This document shows positions 23,770-32,939 of a stretch of 64,000 bases of DNA, piece after piece. Each line of letters begins with the position of its first letter. Position 1 is the first letter of the stretch. The notes below the pieces were generated by a model. That model was given only the letters and a program-made list of their open reading frames with translations, made no database searches and was not told where the DNA came from. Source of the DNA: Candidatus Tenderia sp. (lineage in GTDB: Bacteria > Pseudomonadota > Gammaproteobacteria > Tenderiales > Tenderiaceae); the NCBI GenBank assembly GCA_031416075.1, contig JANOSY010000089.1, positions 21,087 to 85,086 of the forward strand, in the 5' to 3' direction. The translations under genes and the position numbers were made by a program.

Positions 23770-25602
23770 ATGTGTGGAATTATTGCAGCGGTAGCAGAAC
23801 GTGATGTTGTCCCCATTCTGGTCGAGGGGCTGCGACGTCTTGAGTATCGCGGTTACGACTCGGCCGGCGTTGCCATTATTGATGCTAACGGCGTTATCGA
23901 TCGTGTCAGAACTGTTGGTAAGGTTAATGAACTGGCCGCGGCTATAGAGACTAATCCAATCCGTGGTTTTACCGGGATTGCCCATACCCGCTGGGCCACA
24001 CACGGCAAACCATCACAAGCCAATGCCCATCCACACATCTGTCGCAAAACCGTGGCAGTAGTGCATAACGGCATTATCGAAAACCATGAAGCACTGCGTG
24101 CACAGCAGCGCGAGCATGGATATGAATTTACCTCAGAGACAGATACTGAAGTGGTGGTGCATCAGGTGTATCACTATCTGGATCAAGGGAAGGATCTGCT
24201 GGCCGCAGTCACCGCAACAGTGGGGGATCTGCAGGGTGCTTATGCGCTAGGTGTTATCACCAGCCAGGAGAACGGTCGGATAGTGGCTACACGTCGTGGC
24301 AGCCCACTGGTGATTGGTGTGGGTATTGGCGAACACTTTATCGCCTCCGATGTGGCGGCGCTGTTACCCGTGACACAACGGTTTATCTTTTTACAGGATG
24401 GCGATATCGCCGATATCCGTAAAGATAGCCTGACGATCTATGATGCTGACGGCAATGTGGTTGAGCGTCCCTTAACGGTCAGTGAGCTGAGCGCCGACGC
24501 CGTAGAGCGTGGCCAGTATCGCCACTACATGCTCAAAGAGATATTTGAACAGCCACGCGCCATCGCCGATACCCTTGAAGGTCGCCTCAGTGGTGACCGC
24601 GTCCTGGAAGAGGCGTTTGGCCCCGGCGCCAGCGACATATTTAATGGCGTTCAAGGGGTACACATTATCGCCTGCGGCACCAGCTTTCATGCCGGTTCGG
24701 TTGCCAGATACTGGTTTGAATCGCTGGCGCGCATCCCCTGTTCAGTTGAAGTGGCCAGCGAGTTTCGTTATCGCAATCCCGTTGCACGTAAAAACTCATT
24801 AGTCATTGCCATCTCCCAGTCAGGCGAGACCGCCGATACACTCGCCGCATTGCACGAGGCCAAGCGGCTGGGTTTTGGTCACTCTATGGCAATTTGTAAC
24901 GTACCCGAAAGCTCCATGGTGCGAGAGACCGATCTCTGCCTGATGACACGGGCCGGCCCGGAGATTGGTGTTGCTTCCACCAAAGCATTTACCACCCAGC
25001 TCACCGCATTAATGTTGCTGGTGATTGTACTGGGTCGGCGTCACGGTATGGCAGCCGCCACAGAAGTGGAGTTGGTTAGACAACTTCGCAGTCTGCCAGC
25101 CGCAGTTGAACATGCATTAGAGTTGAATGGTGAAATTGAAGCGCTGGCACAGTTTTTTGCCGATAAAGAGCATGCACTTTTTCTCGGGCGTGGAGCACAG
25201 TATCCTGTGGCAATGGAGGGCGCACTTAAACTCAAAGAGATCTCCTATATTCACGCAGAGGCGTATCCTGCCGGTGAATTAAAACATGGCCCATTGGCAC
25301 TGATTGATGCCGAAATGCCGGTCATCTCCGTTGCGCCTAATAACGCGCTACTCGAAAAATTAAAATCCAACCTGCAAGAGGTACGTGCGCGTGGTGGGGA
25401 GTTGATTGTATTTGCGGATGAAAAATCAGGCGTAGAGACAGAGGCCAATGTGCGGGTCATTAAAGTTGCCGCCACCGATGACCCGATAGCACCGATTATT
25501 TTTACCATTCCGTTACAACTACTCTCCTACTACGTAGCTGTGCTTAAAGGTACGGATGTTGACCAGCCTAGAAATCTGGCAAAATCGGTGACGGTGGAGT
25601 AA
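23770..25602 (+). CDS. glmS: Glutamine-fructose-6-phosphate aminotransferase
   Basis: [33 protein letters not shown]. Confidence 0.98.
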   Translation: MCGIIAAVAERDVVPILVEGLRRLEYRGYDSAGVAIIDANGVIDRVRTVGKVNELAAAIETNPIRGFTGIAHTRWATHGKPSQANAHPHICRKTVAVVHNGIIENHEALRAQQREHGYEFTSETDTEVVVHQVYHYLDQGKDLLAAVTATVGDLQGAYALGVITSQENGRIVATRRGSPLVIGVGIGEHFIASDVAALLPVTQRFIFLQDGDIADIRKDSLTIYDADGNVVERPLTVSELSADAVERGQYRHYMLKEIFEQPRAIADTLEGRLSGDRVLEEAFGPGASDIFNGVQGVHIIACGTSFHAGSVARYWFESLARIPCSVEVASEFRYRNPVARKNSLVIAISQSGETADTLAALHEAKRLGFGHSMAICNVPESSMVRETDLCLMTRAGPEIGVASTKAFTTQLTALMLLVIVLGRRHGMAAATEVELVRQLRSLPAAVEHALELNGEIEALAQFFADKEHALFLGRGAQYPVAMEGALKLKEISYIHAEAYPAGELKHGPLALIDAEMPVISVAPNNALLEKLKSNLQEVRARGGELIVFADEKSGVETEANVRVIKVAATDDPIAPIIFTIPLQLLSYYVAVLKGTDVDQPRNLAKSVTVE

Positions 25603-25985
25603 CTCCTCTCTGTTGTTTCTGACTCCGACAAATAAAATTCGTCGGGGCGGGAACGGATTTTGACATTAGCGTTCAGCAGTCTGCTAATCTCCAAATCCAA
25701 TTGAATCTTTGAATCGCCTTGGGGTTCGCTGAGATTGTGCCCCAAAGAGCGACTGCTTTTGAGCGTTTATATTTCTGAATGATGAAATCGTGATTGACCT
25801 AAGGGTGTAGCCAGACAGGGCAATGACTCTAATAGGAAGCGCAGGTGGATTGTGGCGAACGACTCATCTTGGGCCATAACAGCCGGTAGCGTTTGCTCCT
25901 GTAAATGGCCGGTGTTTGGAGTGGATATGACGGCTATCGACCCAAAGGGGACATCCCATCTATGAATGGAAATGTGGTCTGTCCC

Positions 25986-26096
25986 CAATGCTGTTCATTT
26001 AGCGAATCTCCGTTCGTCCTGAGCCTGTCGAAGGACTCTGGATGAGTGGCTGGTGGTTCGACAAGCTCACCACGAACGGCTAAGTGAACAGCATTG
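25986..26096. mobile_element. 111-bp non-autonomous element (IS4-like MITE)
   Basis: 18-bp TIR with 1 mismatch, CAATGCTGTTCATTTAGC / GCTAAGTGAACAGCATTG; 10-bp direct repeat GGTCTGTCCC on both flanks; internal palindrome 26010-26079. Confidence 0.7.
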
Positions 26097-26245
26097 GGTC
26101 TGTCCCCTATTACGACCAAGAAAAAAACTAGGGTATAAAACGCCGGCCAAATTAGTGGCGGAACATATGGCTGCAATTGCAGCTTAGGTGGTTATGCACT
26201 TCGGGGTTGAATCTGCCTGGCCCCTTTAATTCATGAGATGACTTT

Positions 26246-28513
26246 ATGAGCGCCGACGCCACACTCTTGCCAAAAGAAGTAGCAACATTGGTTCATCACA
26301 TCGAGCTGAATCGCTCGGGTTGGTGGGACAAAGTGGTTCAACGGCTCGCGTTAGCCGCCGTGTGGTGGTCCGACCACCCGCCGAGTGCCGATGAAATCAA
26401 GAACACTCTGTCACAGGAGTTCAAGCTGTCGTTGAGCCATGACAAACTGCGCACAGTGCTCAATGCCCTGGAGAAGCAAAACCTCTTGGTTGCGCTTCAG
26501 GAAGGGCGGTATCGCATTCCGGATGTACAACGTTTAGTGTTTGAGCAGGATATCTCAGCCGCTGAGAAGGTTGAATCAAGTGCGCGCGAGTTCTTTTGCA
26601 AGCTTGCGAAAGAGCTTTGCGCGGGCCTCGACGAAATTACTGTCTGGAGCGCATTCCAAACAAAGTTTCTGACGCCACTCATTAAAGATCTTGGTGCTAA
26701 CGCATACCACCTTATTACTGGAGAAAAGCTGAGTGTAGACCGTAGTTTAGTTGACTGTTTCTTGAAAGAATTTAAGCCTGAATTTCATTCTGGCTTAAGA
26801 GGGCTTGTAACCAGTTTTCTGGATCCGAAGAAAGACGAAGTGCGCGCATATGTCAGCCGCATGCTGCATGCACGCTTTTGCGTGGAGGCCGGGGGGCTAC
26901 CAGAATCGGCTATTCAGAAATTAAGTGAGACTGTCAGCAAACAAGCCAAGTTTCGGATATTCGTAGACACAAACTTCTTGTTTTCGCTGCTTGAATTGCA
27001 CGAGAACCCTTCGAACGCCGCCGCACGTGAGCTTCTTGAGCTGATCACGCAGCTCAAATCTAACCCCAAGGTGCAGTTATACATTGTTACAAAGACGATC
27101 GGAGAAGCAAAAACGTCGATTACTGCGGCGAAGCGTCGCCTCTCAGGGATTCCTGATAGTGGAAACTTTACTCAAGCCGCCTTGAATGTCGGGGTCTCGG
27201 GGATGACGGAGAGGTTCCTATCAGAGCGACTGCGCCGTGGCGGAAAGCTGACTGCCGAAGACTGGTTCGACCCGTATCTTACTGACTTCGTGGCGATCGC
27301 CCGAGGGAAAGGGGTGGAATTCTTTAATGAAAGCCTTGACTCATATGCAATACGGCAGGATGTTATTGATGACATTATTTATGTTCAGGAGTTTGAGAAA
27401 CGTCTAGACGAAAGCAGGAAAAAGTCTTACCAGAAAGTAGCGCACGACATGATCCTGTGGCACTTTGTTAGTGACCAGCGCCCCGCCTACATTGAGTCCC
27501 CAATCGATTCTCGGGATTGGATACTCACCGTCGATTACCGACTGATTGGTTTTGATGAATACAAACAGAAGAACTCGGGATCGAAGATACCTCTTTGTCT
27601 CCACCCAACCTCGCTAATTCAGTTTCTACAGTTTTGGGTGCCCCGTACCAAAGAGTTTGAGGAAGCCATGCTTGGTAGCATGGTCCTCCCATTCCTGTTT
27701 CAAAAACTTGACACTGAGGGAGAACGCACCAGCTTAAGAATCCTCAAGGGTCTTGGGCGATTCGAGGGGCGCGACGATATTTCCGCGCAAACGATAACCC
27801 ACGTTATCCTCAATGACGGATTGCGAGCTCGTCTTCAGTCCAACAAAACGGAGGACGGGGAAGCCGAGATTGCTTTGATACGCGATGCTCTGGTCGAAGA
27901 GATGAATACACGTGCTGCCGCTGAAGTTGATAAGACGCACCAGTTGCAGACTATTGTGAACGAAAAAGAAGCGGCACTAAATGCACTTGATCGGTCGAAA
28001 GAAGTGGAAGTCAATATATTAAACGAGAAGATTGCAGCGGAAGAGACGCGAGCGAAAGCGGCAGATGAAAGACTCACCGTACAAGGCGCAGAAATCGAAG
28101 AACTGAAAGCATGCTTGAAACGTACTGAGGAGGACAAGAAGCAGCGCTCCGCCCTATTCAACTATCTTTGGTGGCTCATTTTGGTGCTGCTGGTGTCAGG
28201 TGTTTCCGCATGGCAAGGAGATCGTTTGTTTCCCGATTGGGCCAAATTTATCGGTGCATATCTCTTCAGGGGGCTGGTGGGTGCTCTCGTGTTCATAGTT
28301 GGGCACCTGCTGCTGGAGTGCTGGGCGAGAAGAAATCAGTGGATGGCGCGGCTCTGGCCCTTGAAGCAGATCAGAAGGTTTAGGAAGTGGTTGTGGGCAT
28401 TGGTAGTTGTGAGCCTTGTGGTTGGGGTGATCGGCAACCTATACGCCAATCGGATACAGAAACAGATTGATCTGGAGTCGAGTGCTCCGTCCAGTTCCGA
28501 ACGTAGGTATTAA
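26246..28513 (+). CDS. PIN-domain protein with coiled coil and about three C-terminal TM helices
   Basis: IFVDTNFLFSLL, TIGEAK, AHDMIL, LTVDYRL acidic motifs; E/K-rich coil; hydrophobic C-terminal segments. Confidence 0.6.
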   Translation: MSADATLLPKEVATLVHHIELNRSGWWDKVVQRLALAAVWWSDHPPSADEIKNTLSQEFKLSLSHDKLRTVLNALEKQNLLVALQEGRYRIPDVQRLVFEQDISAAEKVESSAREFFCKLAKELCAGLDEITVWSAFQTKFLTPLIKDLGANAYHLITGEKLSVDRSLVDCFLKEFKPEFHSGLRGLVTSFLDPKKDEVRAYVSRMLHARFCVEAGGLPESAIQKLSETVSKQAKFRIFVDTNFLFSLLELHENPSNAAARELLELITQLKSNPKVQLYIVTKTIGEAKTSITAAKRRLSGIPDSGNFTQAALNVGVSGMTERFLSERLRRGGKLTAEDWFDPYLTDFVAIARGKGVEFFNESLDSYAIRQDVIDDIIYVQEFEKRLDESRKKSYQKVAHDMILWHFVSDQRPAYIESPIDSRDWILTVDYRLIGFDEYKQKNSGSKIPLCLHPTSLIQFLQFWVPRTKEFEEAMLGSMVLPFLFQKLDTEGERTSLRILKGLGRFEGRDDISAQTITHVILNDGLRARLQSNKTEDGEAEIALIRDALVEEMNTRAAAEVDKTHQLQTIVNEKEAALNALDRSKEVEVNILNEKIAAEETRAKAADERLTVQGAEIEELKACLKRTEEDKKQRSALFNYLWWLILVLLVSGVSAWQGDRLFPDWAKFIGAYLFRGLVGALVFIVGHLLLECWARRNQWMARLWPLKQIRRFRKWLWALVVVSLVVGVIGNLYANRIQKQIDLESSAPSSSERRY

Positions 28514-28567
28514 GCGATGGCGCATGTAAAACAGCCACCACCTGATCAAACGAATGGAAAACGGCAT

Positions 28568-29097
28568 ATGCCCACTATCGTCGCGCCTTTATTCCCGGTG
28601 GCACATGGTTTTTTACCGTCAACCTATTGGAGCGACATGGCAATAATCTTCTAATACGTGAGATTGATCTGTTTCGTCAGGTTGTCAGCAGAGTTAAGCA
28701 GGCACACCCGTTCCACATCGATGCATGGGTGGTATTGCCTGAACATATGCACCGTCTCTTCACGCTACCGCCAGGAGATAGTGACTTCAGCCTGCGCTGG
28801 CGATTGATTAAATCAGGCTTCTCCCGCGCCTTACCAATAACCGAGAGGCGTTCGCCGGTGCGCATAGCCGCTGGCGAGCGGGGACTATGGCAACGCCATT
28901 TTTGGGAACACGCGATTCGTGATGACGATGATTATCAACGTCATGTGGATTATGTTCACGTTAACCCCGTGAAGCATGGTTTAGTGGCGCGTGTGAGGGA
29001 TTGGCCATATTCCACCTTTCACTGTTACGTCAAACTGGGCATCTACTCTTTGCATTGGTGTGGTGATCCAGGGATGACTGTTGAGGGGTATGATTGA
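28568..29097 (+). pseudogene. REP-associated tyrosine (HUH/Y1) transposase RAYT with a 5' frameshift
   Basis: YRRAFIPGGTWFFTVNL, WVVLPEHMH, WQRHFWEHAIRD, YVHVNPVKHG; ATG 28568 is out of frame with the body. Confidence 0.85.
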
Positions 29098-29100
29098 CAT

Positions 29101-29132
29101 GCGTGCGATTACGCTGCGCTAATCGGAGCTAC
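29101..29132 (-). repeat. GTAG-type REP adjacent to the RAYT
   Basis: Minus strand GTAGCTCCGATTAGCGCAGCGTAATCGCACGC, a few bp after the RAYT stop. Confidence 0.75.
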
Positions 29133-29384
29133 GCGCTTATGACTATGACCCACAATATCTTCAAAATACATCGATACGCCTGGAATGGGGTATAAATAAG
29201 GTCACATACGACGTCATATTAGTAAAATGTAAAGCAGATTGCTTATGGGAAAAATATCCGGTCAAATGAGCGTTGATTAAAACAACGGATATTGAAATGA
29301 GTGCTGCAGATTCTTAGACGGGGGTTTCTACAGGCTCGTTATGCACTAAAACACCCGGATAGCGTTAGATAAAAGGAGAGTCTA

Positions 29385-30251
29385 ATGATAAGTATAAAGC
29401 CGCTTAGTATTGATGGAACAATGGCGTTTTGGCAGACAATTAGAACTGCTATATCAACTTCAAAAATGGGTGTTTTTTCCGACAATGGACTCATATATGT
29501 CGCAATGAGTGACAAAACAAGAATGGTCCCCTTTATCAGGAAAAAGGAAGAGCTGTTTAGTACAACTATAAAAAATCAATCGAAAAAATATCGAGTTATT
29601 ATTAATGGTCAATTCTATGGAGTATCGAAAACAGGTATTGCTGATGCGATGTGGGGGAACGATCCTGTAGACCCATCCCATACGACTCCTGAGGGGAAGA
29701 TTATAAATAATGGAAAGATGATTGGGGGGCGATCCGCGCCGTTAATGTTTTATATCGCAAATCATTGGGAAACTACTCCGAGATATACATTCAATTCGGG
29801 GGTTGTACCAGCGAAGTCTAGTTCTGCCATAGGTGGGTGTGGTCCGGTTATAGTTAACGGTATGCCATATGGTGAGATTAATAATTATTCTGGTGGTGTT
29901 CCTGGAAAAAAAAGGGGTGAGCCGATCCTTAAAAACAGGCCTTATTTAACACAAAGAAGTAACAATACGTTTTCTGCATATTTGAAAAGACCCCCTTATA
30001 CTGGAAAAACTATTATCGCCCATAGTTCATTATACAATGTACTGCTTGCACTGGTTCTGCCTCACGGTGCTTCTGGCATCTCTCTTTCTCAGGTTAGGGA
30101 TAAGTTGAATAAATCTAATTTTAATAATGCAGTATTTTTAGATGGTAGCGACTCGTCCTTATTGGTTGTTGATGGTGAGTTCATTGCCAAGGCTGGAGAA
30201 GATAAAGACGAGACTAATGTGGTGGGAGTAGGATTTGAGTTTGGTATTTAG
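29385..30251 (+). CDS. Hypothetical protein, phosphodiester glycosidase (NAGPA-like) fold suspected
   Basis: AGGAG RBS; IINGQFY, AIGGCGP, NAVFLDGSDSSLL; low GC. Confidence 0.45.
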   Translation: MISIKPLSIDGTMAFWQTIRTAISTSKMGVFSDNGLIYVAMSDKTRMVPFIRKKEELFSTTIKNQSKKYRVIINGQFYGVSKTGIADAMWGNDPVDPSHTTPEGKIINNGKMIGGRSAPLMFYIANHWETTPRYTFNSGVVPAKSSSAIGGCGPVIVNGMPYGEINNYSGGVPGKKRGEPILKNRPYLTQRSNNTFSAYLKRPPYTGKTIIAHSSLYNVLLALVLPHGASGISLSQVRDKLNKSNFNNAVFLDGSDSSLLVVDGEFIAKAGEDKDETNVVGVGFEFGI

Positions 30252-30252
30252 C

Positions 30253-30720
30253 ATGAGAAAAATAACATTTTTCATATTTTTTTTATTATATTCAGTACTC
30301 ATAGTCTTTTTAAGTTCAGAATATTTTCTTATTGGAGGTAGTAATGTTATAGAGTTCGTTTACTCACTAGCTATGTCTGTAAAAATAGCGGTCATATTTG
30401 GGCTGTTTGTATTCGGATATATGTCATTTTTCACAAAAAACAATAGTCTCTTTGTCAGAGTAATGTTTACATTGGTTGTTTTTCTTTCTTTTGTATCATC
30501 ACAAAGTGTGGTGTACTCCGGGAAAAATAATACCATTGAATATTATATTTATGGTTTTTCTGTTAATAAAATAAACTTATTGCCATCAAAGGGTGAAAAT
30601 GTGATTGTCGATTCAATAGTTCCAGGTTTGGTTAGAATTTCGAGTGGAGATGTCTCTTTAACATACGTGTCTTTATTTTGCCCATTCTGCTTGGATGCTT
30701 CTGAACTTCAAGATTTTTAG
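30253..30720 (+). CDS. Low-GC membrane protein (about 3 TM)
   Basis: ATG 1 bp after the upstream stop; F/I/L-rich helices. Confidence 0.6.
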   Translation: MRKITFFIFFLLYSVLIVFLSSEYFLIGGSNVIEFVYSLAMSVKIAVIFGLFVFGYMSFFTKNNSLFVRVMFTLVVFLSFVSSQSVVYSGKNNTIEYYIYGFSVNKINLLPSKGENVIVDSIVPGLVRISSGDVSLTYVSLFCPFCLDASELQDF

Positions 30721-30724
30721 GGCC

Positions 30725-30840
30725 GTAGGGCGGGTTATCATAGCGTAATCCGCCGCATGTTTTTTTACCGGGTAAGTAATTAATTGTTACTGCGACGCTT
30801 GGTGGATTACAAAATAAAAGGCCAGTTTTAATCCACCCTT
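30725..30840. repeat. REP doublet (REPIN-like), degenerate
   Basis: GTAGGGCGGGTTA..TAATCCGCC and inverted GGTGGATTA..TAATCCACCC. Confidence 0.55.
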
Positions 30841-31232
30841 GAAGTCGGGATCCTGACTGATGGCTGTCTCGACCCATTGCAAGCTTCAGCCTAGCCGCCG
30901 GGAATGGTGTCTCTGCAGCGGGAGCGGGCTAAACAATACCAAAGCATGGTTGGAATCCATTGCTTAAGTGGATGCGGCCGGTTGGCTATCAAGATAGATT
31001 TTCAGGTCAGTCACCTGTAATTGCTCACCGCACTACAAATCACGGCTGAATTGATCCGACGGACTTAATTTTTACTACGATGCTCGCCTCTCGCATGAGC
31101 TGCTCTGCGACGGACATTGGCTCTGTGCGTGGGTTCAGCTGAATCAATAGATTACCGTATACATTATCGACGAATTTTATTTATCGGAGTTATCTGTTGT
31201 AGCATCCTTCGTCTGCTATCAGGCGGGTGACC

Positions 31233-32009
31233 TCAGAATTTATCCTGATGTTGGCGTAGCGCCTGTTCTGCCTTACGTGAGCGTTCGATATCTTCATTTA
31301 ACTGTTGATTCAGTTTTAGCAGTTCACTGTTCATGGCCGCATAAGTACGGGTAAATACGCGTACAAAAGGGAACGCCAGCCCCAGCATAAGAATAGCAAT
31401 GATAATCACTGCCAATACACGCTCCCTTAGAGAGCGTTTGATGATTGATATCTCCATGTCTGCCCCAGCGACATAGTCATTCCCTGTGGGGGAACGAAAA
31501 TGAATCATAACACTGCGAAACGTACCCCAGCGATCGGTGGAGGTATCAAACACTGGTTTATCTGATTGTATGGCAGTTAAAAATACTGGACTTGCTTCCG
31601 GGTAATCCGTCCAGTAGCGCGATACAATATTGTATTTAGTGTCATTAGCCGAGTAGCTGCTGGCGGTGAAATAAGCGGTGTTATTCTGAATAACGTAAGT
31701 ATAGAGATAGGCAAAACCACCGGTCACAGCATGGTTTGATAATTCATTGAGATTGGCTTCATCTTCAGCGTGGTCGATGCTGTCGGCAGCAATGGCACGA
31801 TCATGAAAATCAGCTGCCAATATCTTTGGCAGGTTCTCTGCGGCAGCGATTAACCGCGTGTCGATTTCGGCGATATAGTCCTGGCGGCTGACGATATAAG
31901 TGATTGAGGCAATCACCAGCACACCAATAAAATAGATAATTAGTGCTAATAACAGACTGGGCGTATCTGGTTTATTTTTTTTGATCGATAATGCCACGAC
32001 TGACTCCAT
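31233..32009 (-). CDS. Membrane sensor-domain protein with no output domain
   Basis: TM - periplasmic Cache-like region (DRWGTFRS, VAGAD) - TM - short coiled coil, then stop. Confidence 0.55.
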   Translation of the reverse strand: MESVVALSIKKNKPDTPSLLLALIIYFIGVLVIASITYIVSRQDYIAEIDTRLIAAAENLPKILAADFHDRAIAADSIDHAEDEANLNELSNHAVTGGFAYLYTYVIQNNTAYFTASSYSANDTKYNIVSRYWTDYPEASPVFLTAIQSDKPVFDTSTDRWGTFRSVMIHFRSPTGNDYVAGADMEISIIKRSLRERVLAVIIIAILMLGLAFPFVRVFTRTYAAMNSELLKLNQQLNEDIERSRKAEQALRQHQDKF

Positions 32010-32265
32010 TGATTAATAACATCGTTTGTGAGTGGTGCTGCCAAGTGAGATGAGATTGTGCAGTAAATTTCAGTTATGTTGTTTTTATGTGATGTTATCG
32101 ATCGCCGATTTAATAAACTGACTGGGTGATTTTACTGTTTTTAGTGGCGAATGTTTTGATTTGCGATGAATATCGTCTAAAGTGATGTGGGTGGTGAGCT
32201 AGGTTAGCCAGCTTTTCGTTTCATTACAAAAAAATCGCCAATAGATAAAACCGAAAGGAACAATA

Positions 32266-32928
32266 ATGACCTATTCAGTTTTAATTGTAGAAGATCAGGA
32301 GCCTGTGGCGCAGCGCCTATGCCAAGCAGTAATAGACCATCCTCAACTTGATTTATTTGGTGTAGCACCGACGTTGGCACAGGCACGTATATTAATAGAA
32401 TCTGGAGAACCCAATGTGCTGCTGGTTGATATCGGTTTGCCAGATGGAAATGGCACGGCGTTGATTCGAGAAATTTATCAACGGGGGTATCGGACAGAGG
32501 CGATGGTGATCACCGTTTTTGGTGATGAACGACATGTAATATCTGCCTTGGCAGCAGGGGCTACAGGTTACCTGTTGAAAGATGAACGTCTGGATAGAAT
32601 AGCTGAATCTATTATGCAGTTGATCAGGGGTGAGTCGCCGATGAGTCCCTCTATAGCCCGGTATCTGCTGAACCGTTTTATCTCCATTGAAAAGAGTGCA
32701 ACAGTTAAAATTTCTACCGGTATCTGTCTCACAGTGAAAGAACAAGAGGTTTTACATTATATTGCAAAAGGTTTTACAGGGGCTGAGATTGCGCAGTTAA
32801 TGAATGTCTCACCTCATACGGTTATGACACACACTAAACATATCTATCAGAAGCTTGCGGTACATTCACGGACAGAGGCTGTGTATGAGGCAACTCAGCG
32901 GGGAATTATTGCAATGAGTGAGCCGTAA
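32266..32928 (+). CDS. NarL/LuxR-family response regulator
   Basis: LIVED, VDIGLPDG, GATGYLLK, C-terminal HTH IYQKLAVHSRTEAV. Confidence 0.92.
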   Translation: MTYSVLIVEDQEPVAQRLCQAVIDHPQLDLFGVAPTLAQARILIESGEPNVLLVDIGLPDGNGTALIREIYQRGYRTEAMVITVFGDERHVISALAAGATGYLLKDERLDRIAESIMQLIRGESPMSPSIARYLLNRFISIEKSATVKISTGICLTVKEQEVLHYIAKGFTGAEIAQLMNVSPHTVMTHTKHIYQKLAVHSRTEAVYEATQRGIIAMSEP

Positions 32929-32939
32929 CGGTGGCTGTT

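Noticed and set aside
25611-25650. Tn7-like end (TGT...GACAAATAAAATT) after glmS
   Set aside because: Only 8 bp from the stop rather than about 25, no repeated TnsB sites, no tns genes; better read as a CTCCGAC/GTCGGGG hairpin
26185-29350. Integron attC cassettes (GTTATGCAC at about 26191 and 29338)
   Set aside because: No matching RYYYAAC inverse cores after the genes, no convincing attC stems and no intI; an IntegronFinder run would settle it
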